From Clostridia bacterium (GTDB lineage Bacteria > Bacillota > Clostridia > Christensenellales > Borkfalkiaceae), in assembly GCA_017467345.1 (NCBI GenBank), contig JAFTSI010000047.1:2360-66359 (forward strand): 64,000 nt of DNA. The letters are read 5' to 3'. Every line of letters starts with the position of its first letter. The stretch's first letter is position 1. Positions 1-11,029 of this stretch are shown one piece after another. The notes beneath the pieces were generated by a model. That model was not told the DNA's origin and did no database searches. It saw only the letters and a program-made list of their open reading frames with translations. The position numbers were made by a program, and so were the translations under genes.

Positions 1-1
1 T

Positions 2-1000
2 ATTCCTACGATATTGGCTTGTCGTTCGGTGGTTTTGATTTATAATGTAATTTTTGTTTTGGAAACTACCCCAATGTGGATTCTTTCGAGAGAAGCAATG
101 ACATTATGTGCTGTATTAGTATTCACATTTGCATATAATTTTACTAGTAAAGAAAGAACGGAATTAAAAATACTTTGTGCATCTATGTCATTTATCATAA
201 GTGCCCAAATTATTTGTACATATATAATCGGTGGAGGGGTAAAGAGCGAAATATATTCATTTATAGGATATCATAATTATTCTATTACCTTTTTAATTTT
301 ATTTACCGCTTATTTGTTGTTTTCTGATACAGATATATTTGGTAAAGTAGTATGTGTGTTGGCTTTATTTGCAACAGTGTTATCGCAATCGTTTGGTGGA
401 ATGTTTGTGATGCTTGGGGTTTGGTTGTTTTTTATTATAAAAAAATTAAATTGGAAAAATAAAAATACCTGTATTTATACGATTCTTGGACTAATTATAT
501 TTACTGTTGTTCTATTTTTAAGTCCAATAAAAGAGAGAATTTTTACGAAAATATCACAATTATTTGAGGGCGATTACCAAAGTTTTGGAACGGGGCGTTT
601 AGGGTTATTTGAATTTAGTTGGGGAAATATTAAAAGAAATATATTTTTGGGAATTTTAGATAACTATAATCCCGAAATTTTTAATACACAATTATATTCT
701 TGGTTTCAACATTACACCACGCATAATCATTTTCTTGAAAGCATGCTTGTTTATGGAATAGTTGGAACTGTTTTTAACGCAACTTCTATCATTTTAATAT
801 TCGTATTAGGGATTAAAAGATGTTTAAAAGATAAAACTAGATGGCCTATATTTTATGGTATTCTTGCTGTTTTTGTGCACGGCTTTGTAGAACCAAGTTT
901 TTTAACAATGTATTTTACATTGTTCTTTTGGTTATTTGCAGGGGTGTTAGTTGCTCCAATAAAGCCATTTAATTGTGGGTATCAACTAGGGGGAAAATAA
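2..1000 (+). CDS. Wzy-type O-antigen/EPS polymerase-like polytopic membrane protein (5' end outside window)
   Basis: Frame is open back to the window edge (the track start at 14 is a TTG, with no in-frame stop upstream). Multi-helix hydrophobic protein. C-terminal motifs THNHFLESMLVYGIVGT and VHGFVEPSF are shared with the adjacent paralog. Lies in a polysaccharide locus. Confidence 0.6.
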   Translation: MPTILACRSVVLIYNVIFVLETTPMWILSREAMTLCAVLVFTFAYNFTSKERTELKILCASMSFIISAQIICTYIIGGGVKSEIYSFIGYHNYSITFLILFTAYLLFSDTDIFGKVVCVLALFATVLSQSFGGMFVMLGVWLFFIIKKLNWKNKNTCIYTILGLIIFTVVLFLSPIKERIFTKISQLFEGDYQSFGTGRLGLFEFSWGNIKRNIFLGILDNYNPEIFNTQLYSWFQHYTTHNHFLESMLVYGIVGTVFNATSIILIFVLGIKRCLKDKTRWPIFYGILAVFVHGFVEPSFLTMYFTLFFWLFAGVLVAPIKPFNCGYQLGGK

Positions 1001-1001
1001 A

Positions 1002-2198
1002 TTGTTAAAGGATATGTCGTTTGAAAAAAACAAAATAGTTTACATTCTAGTAATTTCTATTTATGTGTTGATTACGGTATTTGCGAAAAATTTAGTTGAT
1101 GTATACCACTATGTCTATGTCATATTTTTGTTTGGTGCTACTTGTTTTTTAAGCATAAAAAACAAAATAAAAATTGACATTATTCCTATCTTATTATTAT
1201 TAAGGTCACTCTTTTTTATTGTTAACGGATATGTTTTAGGGGTTGAATTTTTAGTCGTATGGGAACAAGAATTAGTAACTTATGTTGGAGTTCTTGCATA
1301 TATTTTTGCTGTTAATTTTTCTTCCAAAGAAAAAGAAGAAATTAAACATATTTTAATATTTACTACTTTAATAACTTCTTTTCAAATTTTAGAATCAATC
1401 CTTGTAAATGGACTGGATAAAAATTATATTGGAGCAGGAGTTGGAATGTCAAATTATGCTGCCGCATTCTTACTAATGGGATTGACATATCTTCTTTTTT
1501 CTAAAAAAAATCTTTTTGAGAAAGTAGTTTTTGGCTTTTCAATAATTATGTTTCTTCTTGTTCAGTCTTTCGGTGCGTGTTTTGCATTCGCAATAATGGT
1601 TATATGTTACTTGTTAAAATATGTAAATTGGAAACGAAAGGCGGTTTGGGTAACGGTTAGCATTTCGATAGTTTTGTTGACTATAGCACTTTTATTGATG
1701 TTTACATTTGCAAAAGACAATCCAATTATAGATAAAATTATAGTTAAGATTTCGGCCTTACTTTCTGGAGATTTAAATACATTTGGTTCATCAAGGCCGG
1801 CTCTTTATAAGTTTACCATTGAAAATATTTTGAGGAATCCTTGGTTTGGAAATATCTTAAATTATAATTCTTCTTATGATATAGAGTTTAGATGGCAATA
1901 TTTTAGAACGCATAACTTTTTATTTGAGAGTTTGTTGTTGTATGGAATAGTTGGAACTGTAATTAATATTTTTGTTATTATATGTATCGTAAAAAAAATG
2001 GGTAAAGGATTTTTAAATAACAATTTCAACTTTATTTGTTTCCTTATTGTTGTGGGTGCCTTTGTGCACGGTGCTATTGAGCCAAATTTATTTACATTCA
2101 ATTATTCATTGTTTTTTTGGTTGATTGTTGGCGCAATGATAAATAATTGTAATAAAAAATTAAAAAAAATTAGTTATTTTAATGAGTGTGGAAAATAA
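1002..2198 (+). CDS. Wzy-type O-antigen/EPS polymerase-like membrane protein, tandem paralog of the preceding ORF
   Basis: 398-aa polytopic membrane ORF. Motifs THNFLFESLLLYGIVGT and VHGAIEPNLF match the upstream ORF. The start may be the ATG at 1014 rather than the TTG at 1002. Confidence 0.6.
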   Translation: MLKDMSFEKNKIVYILVISIYVLITVFAKNLVDVYHYVYVIFLFGATCFLSIKNKIKIDIIPILLLLRSLFFIVNGYVLGVEFLVVWEQELVTYVGVLAYIFAVNFSSKEKEEIKHILIFTTLITSFQILESILVNGLDKNYIGAGVGMSNYAAAFLLMGLTYLLFSKKNLFEKVVFGFSIIMFLLVQSFGACFAFAIMVICYLLKYVNWKRKAVWVTVSISIVLLTIALLLMFTFAKDNPIIDKIIVKISALLSGDLNTFGSSRPALYKFTIENILRNPWFGNILNYNSSYDIEFRWQYFRTHNFLFESLLLYGIVGTVINIFVIICIVKKMGKGFLNNNFNFICFLIVVGAFVHGAIEPNLFTFNYSLFFWLIVGAMINNCNKKLKKISYFNECGK

Positions 2199-3659
2199 AT
2201 GGCTAAAATTATAACCAATAAAAAAATTGCATCTAATGTAATCATATCTATTTCCGTTCAGGTTATATCGCTTTTGGTTTCATTTGTAGCCAACTTCTTT
2301 ATACCTAAGTTTATTGATAAAAGCCAGTATTCCTTTTGGCAAATGTTTATGCTTTACCAAAGTTATGTTGGTATTATGCATTTCGGTTTGCTTGATGGGC
2401 TTATTTTAAGGTATTCGCAATACGATTTTGAAGAACTTGATAAGGGTAGGCTTCGCTCTCAGTTTAAGTTGCTTATCGCCTTTACTGGTGCTATGGCACT
2501 TGTTATGAGTGGTGTGGTGTTGCTTTCCACAAGTGGCGTTTACAGAATAGTTTTTGTGTTCGTTGCAATAAGTATTGTAACCAAAAACTTTTTTACATAT
2601 TCTTCTTATACCTTCCAAATTACAAATAGAGTAAATAAATATGCCTCTTTGGTAATTTTGCAACGGGGCATATACGGCATAGTAATAGTGGTGCTACTTG
2701 CTCTTGGAGTTAAAGATTTTTATTGGTTTTGTATTGCAGAGTTTTTGGGCGATATACTTTCAAGCCTAATAATGAGTTTCTTTAATAGGGGAATGTATCT
2801 TGGTAAAGGCTTAGGATTAAAGGAAAGTTTTAAAGAACTTAAAGAAAATATCAGCGCTGGTGGATTGTTGCTACTTGCAAACTGGTCTTTTATATTCATA
2901 GTAAGTAGCGCGCGTATGGTAGTGCAATGGAAATTTGGCGAAACAGTTTTTGCAGATGTTTCCTTTGCGTTTAGTGTTTCAAACTTATTTTTAACCTTTG
3001 CAACTGCTATTAGTGTGGTTCTATTCCCATCCCTTAAAAGAGTAGAAAAAGAAAGATTACACTCAATATATGGTTCGTTACGCAATTCTTTGTCAATAGT
3101 GTTGTGCGCAGTTTTGGCGCTTTACTTTCCAGGTTGTAAGTTGCTTGCTTGGTGGTTGCCTAACTATGAAAGTAGTTTGCCATATCTTGGAATAATGCTA
3201 CCGTTAATAGTGTTTTCTTCAAAGGTTAGTCTTTTAACTAATAGTTACCTTAAAGTGTATCGGAAAGAAAAGGCTATGGCTATAATTAACCTTTCTTCAA
3301 TAGCACTTAGTCTTGCAATATCGCTTATAGGCGCCTATTTGTTTCAAAACCTTACTGTGATTTTAATAGGTGTTGTTGCGGTGCTTGCTCTTAACTCTCT
3401 ATGCGCAGAACTTGTTGTAAATAAACTTGTGGGTAGCAAAAATATCGTTGCTATTATAAGCGAACTGGTAGTGGCTTGTGGCTTTATAATTTTTGCGCTT
3501 TTGTTGCCATTATGGTGGGGATTTGTTGCATATATCGCGTTATTTGTGATTTATATAGTTTGCAATTTCAAAAACTTTAAGAGTTTTGTTCTTTTGCTTT
3601 TTAGAAAAAAAGGAAAAACTACCACCGAAATGGGTGCGAAAGAGCAAAGTAAAGGGTAA
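2199..3659 (+). CDS. Polysaccharide flippase (Wzx / MOP-superfamily polysaccharide biosynthesis protein)
   Basis: 486 aa with about 12-14 hydrophobic helices. The N-terminus (KKIASNVIISISVQVISLLVSFVANFFIPKFI) is typical of Wzx-like exporters. Starts directly after the Wzy-like gene. Confidence 0.7.
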   Translation: MAKIITNKKIASNVIISISVQVISLLVSFVANFFIPKFIDKSQYSFWQMFMLYQSYVGIMHFGLLDGLILRYSQYDFEELDKGRLRSQFKLLIAFTGAMALVMSGVVLLSTSGVYRIVFVFVAISIVTKNFFTYSSYTFQITNRVNKYASLVILQRGIYGIVIVVLLALGVKDFYWFCIAEFLGDILSSLIMSFFNRGMYLGKGLGLKESFKELKENISAGGLLLLANWSFIFIVSSARMVVQWKFGETVFADVSFAFSVSNLFLTFATAISVVLFPSLKRVEKERLHSIYGSLRNSLSIVLCAVLALYFPGCKLLAWWLPNYESSLPYLGIMLPLIVFSSKVSLLTNSYLKVYRKEKAMAIINLSSIALSLAISLIGAYLFQNLTVILIGVVAVLALNSLCAELVVNKLVGSKNIVAIISELVVACGFIIFALLLPLWWGFVAYIALFVIYIVCNFKNFKSFVLLLFRKKGKTTTEMGAKEQSKG

Positions 3660-3683
3660 ATAAGCCATTAGAAAAATTCGCTA

Positions 3684-3712
3684 TTGACACTATGGCGATT
3701 ATAGGGTATAAT
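3684..3712 (+). promoter_or_regulatory. Sigma-70-type promoter upstream of ugd
   Basis: TTGACA (3684..3689), 17-nt spacer, TATAAT (3707..3712). Confidence 0.6.
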
Positions 3713-3767
3713 TAATAAGTTAAATTATATGTTTGCGCGATAAAATTAAGTCGCGATGGAGATTTAT

Positions 3768-4982
3768 ATGAAAATCGTTGTTGCTGGAACTGGATACGTT
3801 GGACTTTCACTTGCTGTTTTGCTTTCGCAAAATAACGAAGTGGTGGCTATTGATGTCGTTCCCGAAAAAATTGATTCAATAAATAATAAAAAGTCGCCTA
3901 TTCGCGATAAGGAAATAGAAACTTTCTTAGCAGAAAAAAATCTTAACCTTAAAGCGACTCTTGACCCTAAAGAGGCTTACGAAGGGGCTGATTATGTTAT
4001 TATCGCAACTCCCACTAACTATGATAGTGAGAAAAATGTGTTTGATACTTCTGCCGTGGAATCGGTTATTTCGCTTGTTAAAGAAATTAACGATAAGGCC
4101 TATATTGTTATTAAGTCAACTATTCCTGTAGGCTATACCGAAACCATTAAAAGTAAACTTGGCGTAGAAAACATTATGTTTAGCCCAGAGTTCTTGCGTG
4201 AAGGTAAAGCGCTATACGATAATTTGCACCCTTCAAGAATAATTGTGGGCGCAAATATTGATGATGAAAATTGTAAAAATAAGGCAGAAGAGTTTGCTGC
4301 GCTTTTAAAAGAAGGTAGTGAAGATGAAAATGTTACTGTTTTGATTATGCACACCACCGAAGCAGAAGCAGTTAAACTTTTCTCTAACACCTACTTAGCA
4401 ATGCGTGTTGCTTACTTTAACGAACTTGACACATATTGCGAAATGAAAAATCTTAACTCTAAAGAAATTATTCACGGTGTTAGTTTAGACCCAAGAATAG
4501 GTGATTTTTATAACAACCCGTCGTTTGGTTACGGTGGATACTGTTTGCCAAAAGATACCCGTCAACTTCGCGCTAACTTTGCAGGTGTGCCTAACGAACT
4601 TGTTAAGGCGATAGTTGCGTCTAACCACACCCGTAAAGATTTTATCGCTAAAGAAGTTTTAGATTTTGCTGGGGCAACCGATAACCCTGATGAAAACCAC
4701 GATATAACGGTTGGCGTTTATAGGCTTACTATGAAGGCTAATTCCGATAACTTCCGCGCTTCGGCTATTCAAGGCGTTATGCACAGAATAAGCGCAAAAG
4801 GGGTTAAGGTGGTAGTTTATGAGCCTACCTTAAAAGCCGATTGTTTTGAAGATTACCAAGTGGTTAATGACCTTAATGAGTTTAAGAGTATTTGTAAGGT
4901 TATTATCGCTAACAGGTTTGATAGCGTTCTTAAGGGCGTTAGCGAAAAAGTTTATACCAGAGACCTTTTTGAAAGAGATTAA
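3768..4982 (+). CDS. ugd: UDP-glucose 6-dehydrogenase
   Basis: N-terminal Rossmann motif [14 protein letters not shown] and catalytic motif [18 protein letters not shown] lies 6 nt before the ATG at 3768 (the track ORF starts at 3756). Confidence 0.9.
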   Translation: MKIVVAGTGYVGLSLAVLLSQNNEVVAIDVVPEKIDSINNKKSPIRDKEIETFLAEKNLNLKATLDPKEAYEGADYVIIATPTNYDSEKNVFDTSAVESVISLVKEINDKAYIVIKSTIPVGYTETIKSKLGVENIMFSPEFLREGKALYDNLHPSRIIVGANIDDENCKNKAEEFAALLKEGSEDENVTVLIMHTTEAEAVKLFSNTYLAMRVAYFNELDTYCEMKNLNSKEIIHGVSLDPRIGDFYNNPSFGYGGYCLPKDTRQLRANFAGVPNELVKAIVASNHTRKDFIAKEVLDFAGATDNPDENHDITVGVYRLTMKANSDNFRASAIQGVMHRISAKGVKVVVYEPTLKADCFEDYQVVNDLNEFKSICKVIIANRFDSVLKGVSEKVYTRDLFERD

Positions 4983-5041
4983 TTTTTAGTAAAAGTTTTT
5001 TCTTAGCATATGGGCGATATTACTAATGCAGGATTTAGTTT

Positions 5042-5497
5042 ATGAAGATTTTGTTAACTGCATCAAGCGGTGGGCATTTAGAACAACTTAAACAGTTAAA
5101 ATCACTTTGTGGCGAGCACGAAGTTAAGTGGCTTGTTTGCAAAAATCCGGTTAATGAGTCTATGCAAGGCGTTGAGTTTATGCCTGAGTATAGAAACGAA
5201 ACAAAACTGCTTAAGTTTTTTGACTTTTTTAGAATATATTTTGCCACTAAAAAGTTGCTTAAATCCTTTAAGCCAGATGTTGTTATTTCAACTGGCGCAG
5301 GTGCAACTTTTCCTTGTTGCTATCTTCAAAAGAAAAAGTTTAAGAAGAAGGTCATTTTTATAGAGTCGTTTGCAAAACGCAATTCGCCCACTAAAACAGG
5401 TAAAAGGGTATATAAGTTTGCAGATGCTTTTATCGTTCAATGGGAAGAAATGAAAAAGTTTTATCCTAACGCTATCGTAGGGGGTATGATATATTGA
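5042..5497 (+). CDS. Alg14-like glycosyltransferase accessory subunit (Cps14F/EpsE-type)
   Basis: 151 aa with N-terminal MKILLTASSGGHLEQL. Its stop overlaps the start of the Alg13-like partner. This paired split-GT arrangement is typical of capsule loci. Confidence 0.65.
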   Translation: MKILLTASSGGHLEQLKQLKSLCGEHEVKWLVCKNPVNESMQGVEFMPEYRNETKLLKFFDFFRIYFATKKLLKSFKPDVVISTGAGATFPCCYLQKKKFKKKVIFIESFAKRNSPTKTGKRVYKFADAFIVQWEEMKKFYPNAIVGGMIY

Positions 5498-5970
5498 AAA
5501 TATTTGCCAGCGTTGGTAGCACGGGATTTAAATTTGATAGGTTCTTTAAGATTTTAGATGAACTATGCGCTGAAGGGGTTATTAACGGCAACGATTTGAT
5601 AGCCCAAACGGGCAAAACTGATTATGCAATCAAAAACTATGAGCACTTTGATTTTGCACCTTATGAGCGCGTTAACGAACTTATAGGTAATGCTGATGTG
5701 ATTATTTGTCACTCTGGCACAGGCACGGTTATAGGTTCACTTAAAAAGGGAAAAAAGGTTATAGTGTTCCCGCGCCGTAAAAAGTATAATGAGCACGAAA
5801 GCGACCATCAACTTGATTTAGCAGGGACTTTTGAAAGTGATGGATATGTTTTAGTTGCAAGGGATAAAGAAGAACTAAAAAATGCAATTTTAGGTATAGA
5901 TAGTTTTTCGCCTAAAACTTTCGTATCTAACAATTCTAATTTTGTAGAACTTATTAAAGGGCTTTTATAA
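5494..5970 (+). CDS. Alg13-like / GT28 C-terminal-domain glycosyltransferase catalytic subunit (Cps14G-type)
   Basis: 158 aa. The HSGTGTVIGSLKKGKKVIVFPR...HESDHQ pattern resembles the MurG C-terminal/Alg13 fold. The TTG start overlaps the upstream stop (translational coupling). Confidence 0.65.
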   Translation: MKIFASVGSTGFKFDRFFKILDELCAEGVINGNDLIAQTGKTDYAIKNYEHFDFAPYERVNELIGNADVIICHSGTGTVIGSLKKGKKVIVFPRRKKYNEHESDHQLDLAGTFESDGYVLVARDKEELKNAILGIDSFSPKTFVSNNSNFVELIKGLL

Positions 5971-5981
5971 GGGGTATTCTT

Positions 5982-6935
5982 TTGGTTAAAGTAAGTGTTA
6001 TTGTTCCCGTTTATAATGCAGAAAAATATCTTCATAAGTGTTTAGATAGTTTGGTTAATCAAACTTTAGAAGATATTGAAATTGTGCTTGTAAACGACGG
6101 GTCTACCGATAATTCGGGTAGCATCTTAAAAGAATATCAAGATAGGTTTCCTAATAAGGTTAAAGTTTTTAATAAAGAAAACGGTGGTCAAGCCACGGCA
6201 AGAAACCTTGCTATTGAAAAGGCTAACGGTGAATACCTTGCCTTTGTTGATAGTGACGACTATGCCGACACTTCGCTCTGCGAAAAGATGGTTAAAAAGG
6301 CAGAAGAGATGGGCGTAGATATGGTTGTTTGCGACCATTATGAAGTTAGGGGCGACAAACTTGAATATAAAAGGTTTAAAGATTACCTAAATTATAGAGA
6401 CATGTTTGTTGACGCGTTGGTTTCGCCTTGGAATAAACTTATTAGAAAGTCTACCTATGTAAATAGTGGGGTAATTTTTCCAGAAGGGTATATTTATGAA
6501 GATACCGCTTGGTTTGCTAATCTTATTCCACACCTTAAAAACTTTGCAGTTATTCACGAAGCGCTTTTGTTTCACGCCATAAACGAAAACTCTACTATGA
6601 CTAAAAAACAAGAAGAGCGCACGGCAAATATATTTCCTGTTATGGAATATGTTTGGCAATACTTTCATGATAGCGGGCTTTATGAAGAATATAAAACGGA
6701 AGTTGAATATTTTTTTACCCGTATTATGTTTATGAGTTCTTTGCAAAGGATTTCTAAAGTTAAAAATCGCAAACTTAAAAAGAGTTTGTTCAATAAAACC
6801 TATTCTTTAATGAAAGAAAGGTTTCCTAATTATAAAAAGAATAAATACCTTAAGGGCGCAAGAAAGATATATATTAAATTGATAAACTCAGTTACCGCGC
6901 CGATACTTATGTTTTTTATTTCGTTAACAGGTTAA
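5982..6935 (+). CDS. Family 2 glycosyltransferase
   Basis: VSVIVPVYNAEKYL, VNDGSTDNS and FVDSDD motifs (GT-A fold, DXD). Confidence 0.85.
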   Translation: MVKVSVIVPVYNAEKYLHKCLDSLVNQTLEDIEIVLVNDGSTDNSGSILKEYQDRFPNKVKVFNKENGGQATARNLAIEKANGEYLAFVDSDDYADTSLCEKMVKKAEEMGVDMVVCDHYEVRGDKLEYKRFKDYLNYRDMFVDALVSPWNKLIRKSTYVNSGVIFPEGYIYEDTAWFANLIPHLKNFAVIHEALLFHAINENSTMTKKQEERTANIFPVMEYVWQYFHDSGLYEEYKTEVEYFFTRIMFMSSLQRISKVKNRKLKKSLFNKTYSLMKERFPNYKKNKYLKGARKIYIKLINSVTAPILMFFISLTG

Positions 6936-6936
6936 A

Positions 6937-7944
6937 ATGAAAAGTATCGTTTTAATTATTCCCTATTTTGGCAAGTTGCCATATTATTTTGATTTGTGGA
7001 AAGCGTCGGCTAAACATAACTCTACTATTGACTTTATGTTTTTTACCGATATCCCAGAAATTGAAGAAGACGGAAATATAAAGGTAGTTAAAATTAGTTT
7101 TAACGACTTTGCTAATAAGTTTAAAGATAAGTTTGACTTTAATTTGTCGCTTAACTCACCATACAAACTTTGCGATTTTCGCATGGCTTATGGGTATGTA
7201 TTGCAAGAGTATATCAAAAATTATGATTTTTGGGGACATTGCGATATAGACTTAATATTTGGTGATATTAGAAGTTTTATTACCGAAGATGTATTAAACG
7301 CAAACGATAAGATTTTAGAGCACGGGCATTTTACCCTTTATAGAAATACAGAAGAAGTTAATACTCTTTTTATGAAGGAAAAGGGTTTTAAAGATTACGA
7401 TTATAAATATATTTTTGCAACTCCTGAATCTATGTATTTTGATGAGATATTTGGTGCAAGATGGATTTGTAGAAAATTAAATGTTCCAACATATTTAAAC
7501 AAAAACGCGTTTTTTGATGTGTTAGAGAAAGAAAAAGAGTTTACGCATATTAGTGATGATTTTTCTAAATCGGTATTTAAGTATGATAACGGAAAACTTT
7601 TTGCCTTGTCTTTAGCAGGCGATAAGACACAAGAAAAAGAAATTATGTATGCGCATTTTCAAAAGCGAAAAATGGATTATTCGGCATATATATTTGGCGA
7701 AAAGTTTTATATAGTGCCTAATAAACTTGTTTTAGCAAAAAATGTTAAAAGTGAAAGTTCGCTATTTAAGGTTAAGGGCAAAAGGCTATATAAGTTAAAG
7801 AAAAAAATAGAGCATATTAAAACATATCTAAATAGATATTTTAAGGGAAATTATAAATCGTTTAAGGCGTATAGGAAAGAGCGAAAGGCTTTTAGATTAG
7901 ATATGATAAACGCTAAAAACGAACTTAAAAAGTGGGAGAATTAA
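6937..7944 (+). CDS. Capsule-locus protein of unknown function, possibly a glycosyltransferase
   Basis: The N-terminal IPYFGKLPYYFDLWKASAKHN...FFTD pattern recalls an uncharacterised family common in polysaccharide loci (DUF6625-like, from memory). No TM segments. Confidence 0.4.
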   Translation: MKSIVLIIPYFGKLPYYFDLWKASAKHNSTIDFMFFTDIPEIEEDGNIKVVKISFNDFANKFKDKFDFNLSLNSPYKLCDFRMAYGYVLQEYIKNYDFWGHCDIDLIFGDIRSFITEDVLNANDKILEHGHFTLYRNTEEVNTLFMKEKGFKDYDYKYIFATPESMYFDEIFGARWICRKLNVPTYLNKNAFFDVLEKEKEFTHISDDFSKSVFKYDNGKLFALSLAGDKTQEKEIMYAHFQKRKMDYSAYIFGEKFYIVPNKLVLAKNVKSESSLFKVKGKRLYKLKKKIEHIKTYLNRYFKGNYKSFKAYRKERKAFRLDMINAKNELKKWEN

Positions 7945-7945
7945 A

Positions 7946-8869
7946 ATGACTTCAGCGGCAGTAATTGCTACATATAACGGTGAAAAGTATATTATAGAAC
8001 TGTTGCAGTCAATTTTAAATCAATCTATAAAAATAGACGAAGTTGTAATTTGCGATGATTTATCTACTGATAATACCCGTGAATTAGTTAATGAGTTTAT
8101 TAATAAAAACGGACTTGAAAGCAGTTGGCGACTTTTAGTTAACGAAAAAAATCTTGGATATGCCGAAAATTATCGCAAGGGTATTAAAAGCGTTAATGGC
8201 GATATTATCTTTACTGCAGACCAAGATGATATTTGGGAAAAAACGCGCCTTGAAAATATGCTTGCCGTTATGGAGAGTAGTGATGAGATAGGGGTGCTTA
8301 ACACCGATTATTTTGAGTTTAGCGATAATCTTGAAGAGGCAATTCAAATTGTTAACGAACTAAGTTTAGATAATTTTATAAACCTTGGCAAGGTTAAACT
8401 TAACGCAAAAAATAGGTTTTTAAAGTTCCCAGGTTGCGTAATGTGCTTTAGGAAAGATTATTTTGAAAGCATTGAAAAGCACTGGTTTAATGGCTGGGCT
8501 CACGACGAGTTTTTGTGGTGCGTTTCAGTTTTAGATGAAAGGTGTTTTTACGCAAATGTTATAACCCTTTTAAGAAGGGTGCACGAAGGTCAAACTTCAG
8601 GCAAAATCGGTAGAGATAGGTTTAAGCGAATTAAGTATCTTGAAGGGGAACTTAAATGCGTTAATAAACTTATTGAAATCGCAAAAGAAAAGGGTGTAGA
8701 TAAAAAAACCTTAAAAATCTACCAAAAAAACGAAAAAGCAACGGCTTTAAGGCTTGAACTTGTAAAAGAAAGAAAAATATTTAACTTATTTAAGTTATTG
8801 TTCTTATTGAAATACTACAACTCTAAAAAATCCTACTTAGTAGAAGGGTTAATGGCAATTAAAGGCTAA
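7946..8869 (+). CDS. Family 2 glycosyltransferase
   Basis: AVIATYNGEKYI, CDDLSTDNT and ADQDDIW motifs. Confidence 0.8.
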   Translation: MTSAAVIATYNGEKYIIELLQSILNQSIKIDEVVICDDLSTDNTRELVNEFINKNGLESSWRLLVNEKNLGYAENYRKGIKSVNGDIIFTADQDDIWEKTRLENMLAVMESSDEIGVLNTDYFEFSDNLEEAIQIVNELSLDNFINLGKVKLNAKNRFLKFPGCVMCFRKDYFESIEKHWFNGWAHDEFLWCVSVLDERCFYANVITLLRRVHEGQTSGKIGRDRFKRIKYLEGELKCVNKLIEIAKEKGVDKKTLKIYQKNEKATALRLELVKERKIFNLFKLLFLLKYYNSKKSYLVEGLMAIKG

Positions 8870-8871
8870 AA

Positions 8872-10242
8872 ATGGAATTACTAAACAACCAAAAAGTTAA
8901 TTTTAATGTAAAAGCAGGTTCTATATCTGGCGACAAATTTTTCCACATTTGTTGCTGGCTCTTTTTGGTTTGCTTTTTCTTTACTCCCGATGGCTTTGGG
9001 TTTTATTTGGGATTTTTGTTTAATGCAAAACGAATATTTATGTTCATGCTATATGGGATGATTATATTTAACAAAAAACGCTTAAATCAATTTTGGCAGG
9101 ATGTTAAGTCGTATAAAGTGATAAACATAGTTTTAGGGCTGTATATGTTTGTGAGAATATATACTGCGGTATATCGAACTAGTTTAAAATCTTTTACTAA
9201 TGACTTTCTAGATGTAGTATTGGTGCTTTACATATTTTTATATCTTTTAAAACATGAATTAAGTGTTGTAAAATTACAAAAGATTATAGAAAATGGATTA
9301 CTTGTGTTATCTATTTTTGCAGTAATAGAATTTTCAACTGGATTTAATTTCTTTTCTTTGTTAGATACAGCGGATCAGTTTATAACAGAAATTTCAAGAT
9401 TAAATAGTGCAAGAGTAACTTCTATTTGTAGGCATGCAATTATTACTGGCTGGTATTTTTCGTTTCTTGGTTTTTTTACTTGCATTGATTTTGAAAAAAA
9501 TAAGCTATATTTATTTAGAAGACCAATTCATTTCTTACTATCTATGATAGTAATTTTTATGACTGGTTCAAGGGCGCCAATAGGGTTATTCTTTGTTGGT
9601 ATTGTTTTAATATTAATTTTTAGCAACAAGGATCAATTAATAAAAAGTTTAATAATAATTGCCATATTGTTAATAATTTTTTCTTTTGTGATTATTGTAA
9701 CATACAATACTTCATTTGCTCAATATATATTAAGAATGATAACCTCTGCAATTGATGGTGTGTTTGGGACAACGCTGTCCTATCAATTTGGTGGAGAAAG
9801 GTTTATAGCAAGCACTGAATATAGGGAAGCCTTAAAAAAAGTTTTTTATCTTGATTACTTTAATAAATTTATAGGTAGAGGTGTCGGGTATGAATTGTCT
9901 GTTGTAATAGATGGATATTGGCTTATGTCATGTGATAATGCATATGTAGGTATGTACATAATATTTGCCTATCCAGGATTGATAACATTTATCTTATTGC
10001 TGCTCTTATGCTTGATTTATATGGCTATTTGTTTTTTTAAATATAAGAACAGAGCCGCTGCAGGATTGATGGGAATATTTATCCCTTATGTGCTTTTAAT
10101 TTGGAATGTTGCGTTAATGGGGTCTTTTATGTGCATTATGGCAATACGTGCTATAGTATATACTTTATTTAATAATGAAAAACAAAAACGAAAAGGAGAA
10201 GATAATGCAATCGAAAATTATCAAAGACGAATTCGTCATTAA
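8872..10242 (+). CDS. Third Wzy / O-antigen-ligase-like polytopic membrane protein
   Basis: 456 aa with more than 10 hydrophobic helices and a larger loop region (GSRAPIGLFF). Lies in the polysaccharide locus. Confidence 0.55.
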   Translation: MELLNNQKVNFNVKAGSISGDKFFHICCWLFLVCFFFTPDGFGFYLGFLFNAKRIFMFMLYGMIIFNKKRLNQFWQDVKSYKVINIVLGLYMFVRIYTAVYRTSLKSFTNDFLDVVLVLYIFLYLLKHELSVVKLQKIIENGLLVLSIFAVIEFSTGFNFFSLLDTADQFITEISRLNSARVTSICRHAIITGWYFSFLGFFTCIDFEKNKLYLFRRPIHFLLSMIVIFMTGSRAPIGLFFVGIVLILIFSNKDQLIKSLIIIAILLIIFSFVIIVTYNTSFAQYILRMITSAIDGVFGTTLSYQFGGERFIASTEYREALKKVFYLDYFNKFIGRGVGYELSVVIDGYWLMSCDNAYVGMYIIFAYPGLITFILLLLLCLIYMAICFFKYKNRAAAGLMGIFIPYVLLIWNVALMGSFMCIMAIRAIVYTLFNNEKQKRKGEDNAIENYQRRIRH

Positions 10243-11029
10243 TTGGAAAAGGACATTTTTGGCACCACTAAAAAAATGGTGGATTATGTTAATATGCGCA
10301 ATAATTGGTGCGGTGGGCGGATTTTGTGCTGGACTTATAATGTCTAAACCTGTTTATGGGTGTAGTGCAACTTATCTCGTGTCTTTTGAAAGTAGAGATA
10401 GTTTAGGGGATATAGGTGCTCAATTAGGACTTTCTAGTAGTTTACTATATAACTGCCAAGTTGTTGCGAACCAAAATTCTTATTTTTTTGAATTAGAAGA
10501 AGTGATTAATCAAGGGATTGATCAGGAAAGCCCACAATATTTAACAAGGGAATATTTACAAAGTGTTGTTACTACTACAAAGGCAGCGTCTGGAACTTTT
10601 TTATATGTTACAGTGAGGGCTGAAGAAGCTGAAAAAACAAAGAAAATATTAGATGTTGTTACGGCACCAGGAGAGTTGCAAACCGTTGGAGCTGAAAAGA
10701 AAATGGTTTACCCGAAAGGCTCTGTTGTAGGATACATGTCAAAAATGTTTACTTTTGGTACTAACACTACGGTTGGATTTTCTTTAATTAATATTCCAGA
10801 AGTTCCTGAGAAACCAGAAGGAACTGTTTCTAAAAAGATGCTTGCACTAATTGGCGGCGCGGCAGCAGGAGTTGTGGCATATCTTGTAATGTGCTTAGTA
10901 GAACTTATTACTAAACAAGTTAAAGAAGTAGATGACCTTAACAACAAATATAACGCGCCTGTTCTTGGAGTGTTATATAACTTTGAAAATAGCGAATTAA
11001 ATTACGGAGGGGATAAATATGGCTACTAA
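10205..11029 (+). CDS. Chain-length determinant / tyrosine-kinase modulator (CpsC/Wzz-like)
   Basis: N- and C-terminal TM helices flank a soluble domain, and the gene lies directly upstream of a BY-kinase. An AAGGAG RBS sits 6 nt before the ATG at 10205 (the track start 10175 is less likely). Confidence 0.7.
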   Translation: MQSKIIKDEFVINWKRTFLAPLKKWWIMLICAIIGAVGGFCAGLIMSKPVYGCSATYLVSFESRDSLGDIGAQLGLSSSLLYNCQVVANQNSYFFELEEVINQGIDQESPQYLTREYLQSVVTTTKAASGTFLYVTVRAEEAEKTKKILDVVTAPGELQTVGAEKKMVYPKGSVVGYMSKMFTFGTNTTVGFSLINIPEVPEKPEGTVSKKMLALIGGAAAGVVAYLVMCLVELITKQVKEVDDLNNKYNAPVLGVLYNFENSELNYGGDKYGY